Origin: Macrostomum lignano
Taxonomy: Eukaryota
Direction of reading: 5' to 3'
Assembly: GCA_002269645.1 (NCBI GenBank)
Contig: NIVC01001849.1
Location: 62,001 to 126,000 of the forward strand
DNA: 64,000 nucleotides
In this document: positions 44,186-58,714 of the stretch, one piece after another
Position numbering within the stretch: the first letter of the stretch is position 1
How the letters are laid out: each line of letters begins with the position of its first letter
Program-made: the position numbers and the translations under genes
The notes under the pieces: generated by a model
What the model was told of the DNA's origin: nothing
The model's input: the letters and a program-made list of their open reading frames with translations, nothing else
Database searches by the model: none

Positions 44186-44718
44186 CTGAACACTGTCCGG
44201 CAAATACAAGCCGCCAATTTCAATGACAACAGTCCGAGCAGCTGGTGAACAATAGTCCCGATTTGGGCCTTCCGTATTGAAGGATATCGCCACCGGTTGC
44301 GGATTGCCGAACTGACGAATTAGAGGCGATACGATTGGCCTACTGCCGTCTTTGTGGCAATTGGCTATATTTTCATAGGATTTAAAATCAATGTCCAGCC
44401 TCCGACTGAAGCGGACAAATGCTAGATTGGGCGTGTAATATGCGAACAGGCTGGCGGCCTCCAGGTAGCCTGGCCAGCCATCTCTCAGCGTGTTTAATAT
44501 ATTGCTGTAGCCTCTGATGCTGTTAATCCGTCTGACAGTGAGGTTCAAGCCAGGCTGCGGCTCGGGCTGCACATTAGATGAAGCCGACAGATTCAATAGC
44601 AGCACTTCAACGGGCGCGGACAGCTGGCTGAGGCCTTCAAACTGTACTGAGACGCTGGAGTTGTGCGTGTTGCACCACAGCACCAGTTGCAGGGCGGAGC
44701 CGCGGTAGTCTTTGAAGC
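44186..44718 (-). CDS. Gene 3 exon 2 (extracellular, several N-glycosylation sequons)
   Basis: ccgcgcAG acceptor and CAG|GTTGGT donor. 533 nt, phase 1-0. Confidence 0.7.
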
Positions 44719-46409
44719 CTGCGCGGCGGCGGAGGCAGCGGGTGAGCAGTCATATCAGAGTCAAGGGAAGCGAAAGTCCATCTATCTATAATAAAATATA
44801 CTCATAAAAAAGCAGCCTCTTTTATATACACACCGCCACCTGCCACACATCCGCACATCGAGGCAGCCAGATCACAGAGAGCGATGCGGTGCGCACAGGC
44901 GGCAGTTGCGCAATGCGGTAAAGTGGAGAATGCACCGGTACTCCAATAATACAATATAATAAAGTATAATGCAATGTAATATAATATAATATAATCGCTT
45001 TCTGGCAAACTCGAAGATCACTCGGGCTCCACTTTATGAGCTTAGTTGACATAATATTCCCAATTATCCCCTTGCTTGTTCTCCCCTATCCCAAGTTCGA
45101 TTTTTGTCGCCTTTTTTGCCAAACCCAGCTTCCTGGCGTCACTGTGAGCAGAATGACGCATCACTTGTGTGTATAGGTCACTCGGGCTCCACTAGTCCAC
45201 TTTATGAGCTTAACTTGACATGAGATCCCCATTTTATCCCCTTTATCCCCTGGGACCCCAAGGAAGGGACCCGGATGGGATGTCTCGGCGATTCTAATCA
45301 CCTGGTCCGACCAGTTATCGATTCCAGTCGGTTTGGTCTGGAGCCTTGCTTTGGGCTCCATTCTAGCGCTTAAGTTGACACCCCCTTTCAATATTGCAGA
45401 GTAGAACTTTTAGAAATAGGATTGATATTTCTAATTATATATTTAAGCCTAGCTTCAGACACATCATAATGAATAACTTCTATAGAGAATCAAGATGACT
45501 AATAGTTAATGAAAAAAAGCTAAAAAAAATTAGTTCCAAAATATTAGATATTTCCTACCAGATAATAGACAAACATAATGCGATTTAATGGGCGTCTTAT
45601 CCCGATTATTTTACTAGTAAAAATGAAAAATGAGATCAGGGATACAAAGTAAAAATCTATGATAATGCTGTTATTTATTGTATCTCACAAGCAGCTTGTT
45701 GGTATATCTGACAAGCCAAATAATGAGCACCCATGATCCTTACAATTTTAATCCAATATATCGGCAGATTAAGTGAGGCTTATATGCCAGTTCTTGCTGT
45801 GTAAGACAAATCCAAAGCAAGAAGTAGCTTAATCTGTCCCAATTCCAATAGAATATCTGCGCATGTATCACTGCCGGGTGTCGGCAGCTTGTTTGCATTG
45901 TAAACACAAACTCTACAGCAACACTAGGTTGAGGAAAAGCATTTAGGCAGTTAAAAATAAGCTTACTAATGCGTATAAACATTAACCTTAGAAAGCATTT
46001 CTGCCCCTGATTTCTCTGTTCCACTATGCAGTGTCCCTTAGCCTACAAGTTTAGCTCGTCTCCTTTGATATTTCTTCGCTGGCACGACTGGGGGCCTCGT
46101 GCTCCGGGAAATAGGCGCGAAAAACACATGACAGGCAAGGCTGTATATCAGAAATGAAAAATAGCTTTTAAAAGGGAGCGTATTTTTGTCACAGTTCCAG
46201 ACAGTTGCGCCAGCAAAGTGCGCGCGATAAAGACTATAGTTTGCGACATCCAACTAATAAGCTATACTTTACGAAATAGAACTAAGTCCGATGGGTGACA
46301 TGGGATTATTGGAAACCACCTATTTGAATGCCGATTTTTGAGTTGGTAAGGTGTCTATTCAGGATACTGAAAGGTAAGAAGATTCTACTGTGCAAATAAA
46401 CGAACCAGC

Positions 46410-46950
46410 GATTCTAGAGATGGCGAAAGGGGGGATTCTATAGAGATGGCGAAAGGGCGATTTTATAGCGATGGCGAAAGGGCGTAAAGGGAGGCAATTC
46501 TATAGCGATGGCGAAAAGGCGATTCTATAGCGATGGCGAATGGGCGATTTTAAAGCGATGGCGAAAGGGCGATTTTAAAGCGATGGCAAAAGGGCGATTC
46601 TATAGATGGCGAAAGGGCGATTCTATAGAGATAGCGAAAGGGCGATTTTATAGCGATGGCGAAAGGGTGATTCTAGAGATGGCGAAAAGGCGATTCTATA
46701 GCGATGGCGAAAGGGCGATTTTAAAGCGATGGCGAAAGGGCGATTCTATAGAGATAGCGAAAGGGCGATTCTATAGAGATGGCGAACGGGAGATTCTAGA
46801 GATGGTGAAGAAGAGATTCTAGAGATGGTGAAGAAGAGATTTTAGAGATAGTGAAGGGGAAAGTCTATAGATAGTGAAGGGGAGATACTAGAGATGGCGA
46901 AGGGCGATTCTAGAATTTGCGAAAGTGCGGTTCTAGAGATGGCGAGGGGT
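46410..46950. repeat. About 22-bp degenerate repeat (tagagatggcgaaagggcgattc-like)
   Basis: Direct. Confidence 0.8.
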
Positions 46951-47683
46951 GAAAATGGCGATATAGTCTCTGAGTTTTTGGGAGCATTTTATGATTAAAA
47001 TTTAAAGTGAAAGTCGCGCTACACTCGTTGAGCATTTTGGGAACATTTTCTAATTAAATTTTCAAAGTGAAAATGCGCACTTTCGATAATGACGTAGATA
47101 AAAAATGACTTCCCACGCATGAACAAGCATAATTTTAAAGCAATGCTGGAAAATTCAATAAAATGAATTGCAAGATAAAGGTGCTAAAATTGCTTGCCTC
47201 ATCTCGCACACCCTTACCTACATAGGATTCTACCTACATTAAGTCCAAACACAAAGCACTTAGTTTAATAGTAACGGGCCTTCGGGAACGTCTGCATTGT
47301 CAAGGGAAGCAACAGTTCTACGATATATTCGCTCCCAGTGCCTTGGGGATTGGCATGGGTGTGATTTGCACGACAACCAGCTACACACAGCTTAAAGTTC
47401 AACTTGTCAATCTCAAAATGCGTGCTTTGATCTTTAGAATTATGGTATTAAACCAGCAAAAAAGGGAGACACAACTATATACGCGCGCCGCTTTAGATAA
47501 GACAAAACATATAGGACAGATAGAGGAGGGTGGCAGAAGGACACAAGGGGAATTGTGGCGGCAAGCCTTTGTGTGCGAAAAAGCCCCCCCCCTTACGAGA
47601 TACGATTTAAACGAGTCACGGCCGCACGCGCCTAGAAGTGCGGCCGCACCGCATGTTGCATGCAGGCAGGCGGAATGGACAAG

Positions 47684-47686
<3 letters not shown>

Positions 47687-47781
<95 letters not shown>
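47687..47781. repeat. (GA)n microsatellite
   Basis: Direct. Confidence 0.95.
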
Positions 47782-47782
<1 letters not shown>

Positions 47783-49114
47783 AACATTAAGCCAAAAGCG
47801 CCGCCCGCTAAACTGGCGGGCCAAGGCCGAGTCGGAGAGCTGGCAGGTCTAGCGGCGGTCACGCGCTAGTGACCTTCGCGGGTTGCCTAACCCCCCCCCC
47901 CCGCCCCCGCCCACTCAGCCTCATCCCCCCGCCCGCTATCGAGGATGGAAGGACGATCGGCTTCGGTTGGAGTGGCACAAGCGTACGGCAAGCAGCAGCA
48001 GAAGTTCAAGACTTAAGGAATGGGAACGGAGGGGGACAGTGAGGAGGCGGAGGGGGGGGGGTAAGACTGACTGGCGAAATGAGAGATGAAGGAGAAGAGC
48101 AATGCGCAAGGAGAGGAAAGGGTTGGGGAAGAAAGGGAAATTCCGCTGCCAAAAAATGGAGAGTGGTGCACCCGCGAACACGCTTCACTCTATCCCTCCC
48201 GCAGGCTTTCTATCTCCCCTCTCTCTTCCCTAGATCCAAAATCCCCTAAAAACCTCTCATCTCGCTCTTTCTCTATTTCTGTCGGCCATTTCGGTTCTGA
48301 ATTTGCCGCCTCTCTCACACGCAGTCCGCATGCTCCTCAGCAGCTTCACCCCCTCTTTCCCCAAGCCAGCCAGCCTCTCTCCTCTCCTCTCTCGGTAGAA
48401 AATTCGGACTCGATGACCGCTCGCAGTGGGACCTGGGATGGCGATGGGAATCGGGATCGCCAATACTGGCGGCAAAACCTCCTTCAGTGATCTATCCCTT
48501 CCCCCCCCCTGCCGAGCGGCTTATAATATTGATAGAGAAAAGAAGACGCACAGACAGAAGCGGGGTCATGAAACAATAAAACCCCATGCAAAACAGGCGC
48601 GTGTCCGGCCAGCTAAACTGTGCTAAATATCAGGCGCAGTTTAAATAGAAATAAAGATACTTAAGAGTTACTATATCTAGTAGCCTATTCAGCTGCCCGG
48701 GGAGTAGTCACAAGACACCTGCTTTAAATGTTCTCTTTGCCTAGCCTTTGCCTCGCGTGCCCTAGCTTTTGTCACGCCAAGCATTTGATAGCAGGGCAGG
48801 AAATTTCTGAACACTGCCAGAAAGAGAATAAGCTCAGACAAGTCACAGACAAGAGTAGTCAGTGGTGATGAGGTCATGGGTTGGAAGCAAGTCTCAACTG
48901 AATACAATGTAGCTCATAGGCTAAATTATATGGGTATTGCACTGTCAGAGGGATATCAGCTCATAGAGTGACTTAAGTCTGAAAGGGATACAGCAGCCAC
49001 CGAGGGACTGTAGCTCGTATGAGAGGTAAAGCAGAGCAGCCCACTGAAAGACTGCAACTATAGTGAGCTATTAAACTTCAAGACCATTATCAATATGCAT
49101 AGAGAAAATCATAC

Positions 49115-49439
49115 CCGTGGCATTAAAGTAGAACGTGTATGGATGCTGCACGTCAGCTACTTGATAGTAGAAAAATATTCTCAGCTTGCGAGTCTGATTA
49201 GCCAAATTATTAGTTGGACAAACAATTGCCGGCAAAAAAGCTGGAAACTGTTGATTAATATTCTGTAGTTGATAATCAATCGTGGATAATTTGACAATTT
49301 CCTTGCTTGTTGGGCAGGTTGGCAAGCTGCAGAGTACACAGGCTGGTAGTAGGCCTACAGTTGTTGCTAGCACCAGCAACAGAGGCGCTAGTGAGCTGCA
49401 TATCATTGCATTACCTGCAATTGGTACATAGGGAGACAT
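49115..49439 (-). CDS. Gene 3 exon 1 with signal peptide (MSPYVPIAGNAMICSSLAPLLLVLATTVGLLPACVLC...)
   Basis: ATG at 49439, hydrophobic leader. ACG G|GTATGA donor in phase 1 matches exon 2. The four exons total 2790 nt = 929 aa plus stop. Confidence 0.65.
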
Positions 49440-50159
49440 GATTGAAGATCAGGCACAGAAAAATTTTATTTAACTGCAATTAATTTGGTCATTACATTCA
49501 TCTCTAAGCTTATATCCAACTAGAGATAATGTTACATATGTATATCTGATTATCTCTTAGATAATATAGTATACACATTTTAAATAGTTATAGTACTAAC
49601 AGAAATCATAAAAAGCCAACAATAATTATACTGTATAATGCATATTGTGTTTCTCTCCATTTAATCAGATTTTGTTACTGATTTAAAAACCTTTAATATT
49701 TTCACATTTTTGCTACTTGAAAAATCAAGGGACTACTTTACACATATTTGTACATTCAATTAGTATTCAAATCATTTCAATGACAGTTGATTTTAGTGTC
49801 AAAAGGATTTTTAAGCTAATAACTAATATAAATTTAGGGACATTTATAAAAAAAATTGGAAGAAACTAATAATCTATATTTAGATTCATTATAGCATAGA
49901 ATATTTCCATTTTTTGTTATTCTAAGCAATAAATCTTCTAAGCTTGGCATTTTGGTATATTATATTTTTTATTCTTACTTTGTTACTTTTATTTTTAGGT
50001 AAGTTATTAAAAACATTCCATTTTTGGTATAAAGAATACAAAATGACATAATGGATATATGGAGATATCTCAAATCTAAAACAAACTATTTTTACTTGGC
50101 TATGGCTAGAACTTAAATATTAGACTTAGACTTATAAGTTCATAGACTTATATTACCAA

Positions 50160-50520
50160 TTGGAAAAGTTATGCACCTGGAGAGGCATAAAATGTGAGTG
50201 AGGTACATAAGAGGCACTTTAGTGGCATATTGTGTGTGTTTTGGAAATGCACCTGAGTGCACCTTTAATGCTTGAATGTCACCAATATTTTTGAAAAGAG
50301 ACATGAAAGGTGCACATTTGGTGAAGTGGTCAGGCATCGGGGGAATTGTAAATTTTGATTGGTTGTGGCAGTAGGGGCAGTAAAGGTGCATAAGGTGTAT
50401 ATGTACAGTGTAAATATGTACATTTCCAAAACATGCACTAAATTGGCCACTAAAGTGCTTCTTTTGTGCACCTTGCTCACCTTTTATGCCTACACAGTTG
50501 CATCACTTTTTTAATGGGAA
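50160..50520. mobile_element. Degenerate inverted-repeat element (old MITE?)
   Basis: About 50160-50230 is an imperfect reverse complement of about 50447-50520 (gccactaaagtgc...ttttatgcct...gcat). No TSD found. Confidence 0.35.
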
Positions 50521-51437
50521 TTAGTAATAAAAAATTAACTGAGAGTTACATACTTGTGTATTACAGGCATAGATTGAACATAGAAAAAGCTTTATTTACA
50601 CCTAATACTAATTGCTGCTATCCCTTTCCTGATTCTGCCAAACCACAAAAGTAAGCATTCCCTATACTGATAAGTTCCAATGACTTTGAAATACTGAGGA
50701 AAAGTTCCAAAAAGTGATAAAAAGTTTTGCATTAGTGAGGAAAAGTTTCAAATCTTTCCAAAGAATAGTGAGGAAAAGTAGCAAAGAACTTTTGCAAGCT
50801 AGAACATCCCTTATATTGCTTCTATGCCTAAAGTGCCCATTGTGCACCTTTTGTGCCTCTAATGTACACTTTACGCCTTTTATGCACCTCCAGAGCAGTG
50901 CAATAATTGTTTACCTTTCACTCCACCAATACCCCCATTTCCTACTTTTTTTCACCTTTTGTGCCTCCAATGCACACTGTACACCTTTAATGCATCCAAC
51001 TCTCTTATGATACCTGTGTCTCTACTGCCTATTCCATGCCTTAAATTCACCTTTTGACCCTACAGAGGCACTCAGATGAACATGTAGTGCACAAGGGGAA
51101 CAAAATAGACATAAGAGAGGCAGACAGTGCAAAACTCTTTATCTTTCATGTCTACTTTAAAAAAACAAAATCCAATTGGTTAGTCATTTTATTTTAAATT
51201 CTATTTAGCTATTTAATTTATACATATCTAGCAACTCTAATAAAATACTAGATTTATTCTTAAATTACTAATAGATTTAGCTTTGTCAACTATAAATACA
51301 TAAGTTTAAACATAAAAAATTAGGAATTACCACATTACCACTACCACAGAAAAATGTCCTTTTGGCTACAAAATTTGGGTGCATAAAAGCCATTTTTCGG
51401 TCAATATCTCAGTGTATACAGCATCGATAGTGCAATA

Positions 51438-51643
51438 GGGTCATTTCACAATAGGTCCAATTATTTTTTTGAACTTTGATGATTAAAAAAATGATCATTA
51501 GCATAGCCTATGCTCTGCTGTGCTTAGTTGATTTGAAATTTATAAGCAGATTGCATTTTGCAGCTTTGTTCTATCTATTATGGTTCAAAAGTTACAAGTG
51601 CTTAAAGTTCAAAAACATGATGGGACCCTATTGTGAAATGCCC
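51438..51643. mobile_element. 206-bp MITE with about 40-bp imperfect TIRs
   Basis: gggtcatttcacaatagg...tttttgaacttt / aaagttcaaaaa...cctattgtgaaatgccc. AATA flanks both ends (51434-51437, 51644-51647). Confidence 0.7.
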
Positions 51644-54600
51644 AATATATAGCAAACTTTAATATATACATATATATTATATATTGATATATGTTTCAGT
51701 TAGGTTGTATACATACTATATACAATATTTAAAATTTAATATAGCAAATGTTTAAAAAGAACAATACATTTAAATTAAAAATCAATTAGACTGTTTAAAA
51801 GCAACATTAAAACATTTTTTTAACTTTTAAATTTACAAATGCAACATAATTTAATAAAAGAAAACATGAAGATAAATATTTTAATTTTATTACAACTTCT
51901 TTATAATTTAATGTATCATTGAAAAAAATGACTACAATTTTGGTACATAGGCAAATCTTTTTCTTGGCATATACTATAATATATTTTTTTGACCCTAATT
52001 TTAGCATAAAAACAATACACTGATTTTTTTATATAATCATGTTTTATTTTAAAATGGAAAATTTAAATTATAATAACATACTTTATAATTAATAAAAAGG
52101 AAAAAATATAAATTTTAAAAATCTTTGTATAACCTAACAAGTTATTTTTTTCATTTTTTTGCTTTTTCTTATATATATATTATATTTTTTTGAAAAGAGA
52201 AATAATTGTAATTAACTTTTTAGAAAAGAAACTTGGACTAAACTTGGACTATTGAAAGAAACTATGGACTATACTATACAATTTCAAGTTACACTAGGTC
52301 TATCATTACCAGTTTTTATATCAAATTTATAAATAGCCACTACCTCCTATAGTTTATTATGCCAGGTATATAGTCTAAGCCTAGTATATGTCTAGTGTAA
52401 GTGATAAAAATATCCTTTTTTCTAGTGTAAGACACCATGAGCCCAATTATAAATTGGGGTTATAGTACTAAATTTATCAATAGTTAAAACAAGCTAAATG
52501 AATTTGTCAAAAATAAGATAGACTATTTTGTAAAATTGTTTTGTAATTCAATAATTAAAATTTCTTTAACTTGATAAACAAAATATTGTTAGAATTTGCT
52601 TGCTTTATTAAATCATGTATACTTTATTACACTTATAATAATACTTATTACCCATTGTGAAAGGCTGATATATACTTGATTTATAAATTAGGTGATTTAT
52701 TAATAATTTGTACCCTTGTAATTATCAGTATAACTAACTTGTATACAATTTGGAAAATAGCAAAATGCTTGATTTTTTTAAAAGTAAAGTTTTTAATTTT
52801 GAAAAAAATAAATTTACAAATAACATATAATATTAAGCTAATAGTCAAACAAATTGATTATTATTAGTTGTCAATAGAGTTGACAAATTTGATATTAACT
52901 AATTCAATTCAATAGGGCCTATCATCTAAAAATTAGACTATGATATATAGCATATTTTTTTCTAAAAATGTTTTGGTATACAATAAAAATTATCTTGACT
53001 ATAGTCTAGGCATATATAAAAAATTGTTATAACTACAAGGTATATGATTTTTGAAAGTCACATCTATTACTAAGTAGTTTGTAAATTCTTTATTGCTAAA
53101 CTCCATTACTGCCAAAGGCCATAGTTTGGTAGTGCATATATACCCCAAAAAAGATAACCAATTTCTTTTAATATACAACAATGTATGCTAAATATATTAC
53201 TTTAATACAAAGCTCCAAAATGTAAATTTTGAAATATTACTATTGGACTAGTGATTTTGATATTCAATTTTAATTAAGATAAAGTTATAAATAAATAACG
53301 ATTATATTTATTTATATAATATTTCATTTATATAATAAACAAAACAAAAATTGAGCATTTTATTAAAATGCTTAATCCATATATCTTTATCTTTATCTTT
53401 TCTATGTAAAAAACATAGAAATCAGTCTTTCTTTAAATATCCATGCACAGACAACAATTATCACTTATTTTATTAATATATAACTATTAATAAAATCATT
53501 AATAATATTACTTTAATTTTTGGTATTTATTGTATACAAAAATATTAGGTCTATAAACCTATACCAAAAGCCTAAAGTCACTTTTTGTATATGATAGAAA
53601 TTTCTGGCTAACATGCCTTTTTTCTAAATAAAGGCTAAAGACAAGCTATTGTTTCAAGGTCAATATGGCAGTGATATAAAAGTGTAAATCAATTAACAAA
53701 TTATATTATAAAGCATTACTTCCTAAGCATTCTAATAATTTAAATTATTAGAAAATTAAATATAAAAAATGTTTGATCTACTAAACTTTAAACAAACCAA
53801 ATTCATTTTAGATTTTAGGCCTAATGTTATATCTAGTAAAAAATATTTTGTTGTTCATTAATCTTTCATATTTTATTGACATTGTCATTACTTAAACAAG
53901 CTACACTTGCCTACCTATAGGCCTAGCCTATATGATAGGCCTAACTTAAATAGGCCTAAAATGCTTTATATCAATATTGCTTTGCTTTTTAAAAATAAAG
54001 AATACCAATCAATTTAGTTTAAATGAGAAATAGGCCTAAGACAATTATTTTAAAATAAAATCACAATTGATAAGTTATAAAAAAATTAGGCCTAGGCAAT
54101 TGTTACTAGTTGCCAGCTTTGGGCTGACGTTTGAAAAGACATGTTTTCGTACTTTTAAAATATCATTTGTAGTCTGTAAAGGATATCTTTTGGAAAACAC
54201 AATCAAACTTATTTGTTCGAATTCAATGTATATAAAAATATTAGTAAATCGTATCTTTAAAAAATAGTACTAAATTAAAACTATTTTGTTATACATAGAA
54301 AAATTTAAAATAATTTCGCTTTCTAAATTTTCGTTTAAACGCGTCACGCTATGTACTCATACTACTACACTACACACACTTTAAATTAATTTCGTCAAAG
54401 CTGTTATGAACTTAAGCAAAATAGTGTAAACTATCACATAAAGAGTAACATATAAGATTAACATTACATTAGTCTTAGACAGTATGTTTGGCTAGATCCT
54501 AAGCCTGGCCTGAGGCCTGAGCTAAGCCATAACATAAGCATTGGCATAAGGCATCGCCGCATCATATTGTGATTATGTTTAAAAACTTTCAATGTAGTAT

Positions 54601-54887
54601 TTTAGATTGACTTATTTTTTGTGTAAATGGTAGTGTTTAAGCAGAACTGTAGTTCTTTTACACTTATAGTACTTAGGACTGGGTCTAGGATAGATAGTTA
54701 GGCCTAGCCTAGGCCAATGATTTAATTTAAAATATTTTTTTAGCTTGACTAAGTTGGGCAGCTGGCCTACTTAAAGTATAGGGCTAGGCTTTTAATCGAA
54801 AGAAGCATAGAATTTCTATTTGAATTTGCATTTAGGGTCCTTATATTAAGCTAGTTAGTTTTTATCTTAAAAATTACTAGTTCCCAG

Positions 54888-56389
54888 TAGGGGGCGACCG
54901 GGACGGCAAAAGTCGGGCCCGGGAATGAGGACTCGGGCCCGGGTCGGGCCTCGGGAATTCGGGACAAGATCTTTAAGACAGCTCAATAATTGGAAAAAAA
55001 TCATAATAAATCTTAATACTTTTAGCATATGCGGATTACTATTAAATATATAATAAATATATTAATATATTAAATCTAATATAATATATTAAATGTATAA
55101 TAAATATATGATAAACATTAAATATATTATAATATATAAATATATGAAATATATAATAATATATAAATATAATATATTATATTAAATATATAATAAATAT
55201 TATTTTTATTTAATACATTAGTTAAGACTTCAGAATAGATAAGAGTTACATTAAAAGACTTAATACTCAAATATCAATATACTCAATAGTTCAAATTCAA
55301 TGTCACTGTGTGGCACAAGTACTGTGTGTGTGCCAGTGACAGTGACACTAACACTTAACAGGCAGTGAGGTAGGCAAGCAGGCACTGAGGTAGTGCGGCT
55401 GGCACTGGCAGTGGCAGTAAGCAAAAAGAAGAAAAGCTGAAGCATTAAGTGTAAGGCACTTGGCATTGGAAGCAGTAAGGAAGTAAGAACCAAATCAATT
55501 GATTGATTTTTTTATTTGAATTTTTAGTTTCTTTACATAGCTTCAATGTAAAGAGCCATGTACACAGTCAGTATTCAGTAAGACAACAAGACAAGACAAC
55601 AGAACAGAACACAAGTGAAGTGACAACACAACACAACACTCAACTGTCTCAACAGAACAGGCAAACAGACAATGGAAATACAAGTAATTAGCTGATACCT
55701 GCCTACCTGCTCACCTACCTACCTAAACGAATATGATTACGAATACGATACTGAGTCTACAACTACAACTACCTACGAATACAATACAAATATGAACACG
55801 ATTACAAACTCTGATAGATAGCAAACTTCTTGGAAAAATGGTAGCCTTGGCCCTTAATAGGTACTTCTTGGAACGTAAATAGGAAATGTTATTTACAAAA
55901 GCTTAAAAATGACAAATCAACTTTTTAAAAAATCATATTTTTGCTTTTAGGCTGCAGCCTGCAGCGTGTAAAGTGGAATCAATATTGCATCAACTATGTT
56001 TTAATTTTATCTTCCTGGAAAAAATCCGATCTTCCTGGAAAGTGGAAACTGGCTGTGGCTGACGCTCACGGTCACAGACGCTCACGCTTAGAGCCTACTA
56101 CGAATCAATGATATTGCTACTTCACATCATATCATCTATTACTATTACTGCAGTCGTGCAGTGCTTGAGTCTTGAGTGCTGATGCAATGCTTAACTGAGT
56201 GTTGTGCTGTGCTGTGAATAAAAATAATTTTATTCTTATTTGCACGCGGTTAGACTGTGCCTTTAGGGAAAAAAGACTTGTCCCGATTTCCCGACTTTTT
56301 TAGGGTCGGGCCCGGGCCCGGGTCGGGCCACGATTTTGGTCGGGATTCCCGACTTTTCGGGCCCGGGCCCGGGACTGGGTCGCCCCCTA
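54888..56389. mobile_element. Non-autonomous hAT-type transposon (1.5 kb)
   Basis: Perfect 12-bp TIR TAGGGGGCGACC. Perfect 8-bp TSD GTTCCCAG (54880-54887, 56390-56397). Subterminal cccggg/gtcggg repeats, no transposase. Confidence 0.9.
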
Positions 56390-56411
56390 GTTCCCAGTGA
56401 GCTCCGCGAAA

Positions 56412-56460
56412 CCCACAAACCCAAGGACACGCGCGAAGCGCGTGTCCTTGGGTTTGTGGG
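56412..56460. other. Perfect 23-bp-stem hairpin with GAA triloop (possible rolling-circle element terminus)
   Basis: cccacaaacccaaggacacgcgc GAA gcgcgtgtccttgggtttgtggg. A second 9-bp-stem GAA hairpin lies at 56518-56538. Confidence 0.8.
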
Positions 56461-58714
56461 GTGAGCGGAGCGAACGCGCGAGGCACAAAGTGCCGAGCAT
56501 GAGGAACAAACAGCCAGCCAATGCGCGAAGCGCATTGGGTGGTCTGGCTTGTGACGAATATAATAATATGAGACGTGTGCATCGAAAAAATGACAAGAAA
56601 AATCTCACAAAAACTGCTGTAACTTCAAAACTACAAGTGCGAATTTCACAAGTGAGGTGTCATTTTAAAGAGAAGAATCTGATCTATTTAACGAGTATAG
56701 TTTTGTATGGATTCACTGCGGAGAAAAGGAACAGGCTTCAGTTGAAATGTTTGTCTTAAGATCAGTCTTTACAAAAGTGCATTTCCTCATGCACATTAAA
56801 ACTCGAGCTAAAAATGTTCGAGGGTTATAGGTGCGCCTTACTAAGATGCATAACATTATTGGGTTGTTTTTTTCAATTGTATCAAAAAGTTGGCACTTTG
56901 GTTGCAAAAAATGCAAAAATTGAAAATGTACTTTTACAGTTTTTTGCATTTTTTTCTATACTGCTAATAGTTAAGCATACATACTATGCACCAATTGATG
57001 CGCAATTCAAAGATACACAAGTGTGGAAGTTTTCAATTCTTAAACATTTGAAATCAGAAAGTAATCGACGAAAGACTAAAAATCATGATCTCAAACTGAT
57101 TTGAGGAAAAGTGCTCATTATAATTTTTGGAATATGGAAGAAACAATTCAACGCCGTCATCTAATTCCAAACTAACTGTACTTTAAGGTACTGCGATGAT
57201 TTTTTTATTGAAAGAGCGAAACCTGTTTAAATATTTGAAAAAATGGAAAAAAAGTACCTTTTTTCATAGAAATACACTCTTTTGACTGCTTAATCCGATT
57301 TCCAACAACAAAATAGTTGCTTTCCTGCTGGTGCAAACCGTTATTAGGGTGAATTTTCAAAATTGCATACTGTGCCAAAAGTAAACTGAAGCTTAATATT
57401 TATAAACATTAGAAACGGGACCACTAATGGGTATTTTACTTTGGTTACTTACTATGGACTAAACTGGCACTGGCAGAGACAGATTTGAGAGAAACTAATT
57501 GCTCCATTGTATTTGTATTTGGCTCCAGCGTTACAAATTACAATAGCTATTTCGGGGTCTAACCGGCTAAGTTATCAAAAAAGCTAGATACCAATCACCA
57601 GTTTCATCATCAGCTATACCTACCACGATTTTATAGTCACATGCAACAGTAATACCCTCCTTTAAAAGTTTTCAATATCTAAAATGATGTGTTAAATTTT
57701 ATAAAATTTCATAAACAGTGAAATTTTAGCTGTTTACGTGCTGGTGGTTTGAACGTAGCTACTTTGTGCGAAAATACACTGTCATTAATACCGTACCTAT
57801 TATTGTATTTATTGTATTGAAAGTTGATGTGTAAATTGTACTTTTCTATTTTTTTGTCATTCGTTATCGCACTCGGGCCGGCCTGCCTGCCTTGTGGGGT
57901 GTGGTGGCCTTGGCCACTTTCTCCCCCTTCTGCTAGGATCCAAAGCAAGCTTTCAAGTGTACATTTAATATTATCGATCGATTATTTAAAACAAGCCTCT
58001 AGTGGCTGGTGTTGAGAGTGAGTGGCCTTGAGTGTACGCGAAAGCAAGAGGAAGCCCATGGGCGGACTATATGAACCTTCCTTTAGTGGAAAGTTGGGCC
58101 TTGTGCATTGGATAGTGTACGCTACACAAGACAGAAGGTAAAGAGAAAGAGAACGACAGGCTAGCCAATAGCGATAGCATGTGCTTCTTTCTCTCCAGTC
58201 CACTATGGTAGGGGGGGGGGTGTCAGACGGCCCAACTCTAACCCCCATACCCAAAACAGCGTACATGTAGAATAAGAAGGGATTGGGTCCAGATAAGTCT
58301 TCCCAAATGTACATGTATGTACAAAGACAAACACAGACAAGAAAAATGGCTCTAAAAACCATTGTTATTGTTACACTGTGTGTCTATTTTTATTAACTTG
58401 ACTTTGACTTGTCTTTACTCTAGCATGGTCAAGGATAATTACTGTTACTTCATACCTAATTTACAATTAATTGCATAAGATTAAGAAGGAATAATACAAT
58501 CGAGGTCGAACCCATGATCACTTGACCCACCCACCCATGATCACTTCTGATTCTGACCTACATGTATCTACTATATCCTGCCAGTTTCTCCAGTTTTATG
58601 GGTCTTGGTGTCGGTGATTCGAGCAATTCCATTACATTTTATCGGTGCAGTGCGTCTATTAATGCTTAGCTACTTGTATATGTGTTGCAGAACTTATGCT
58701 CGTAGTTTCCCTTC

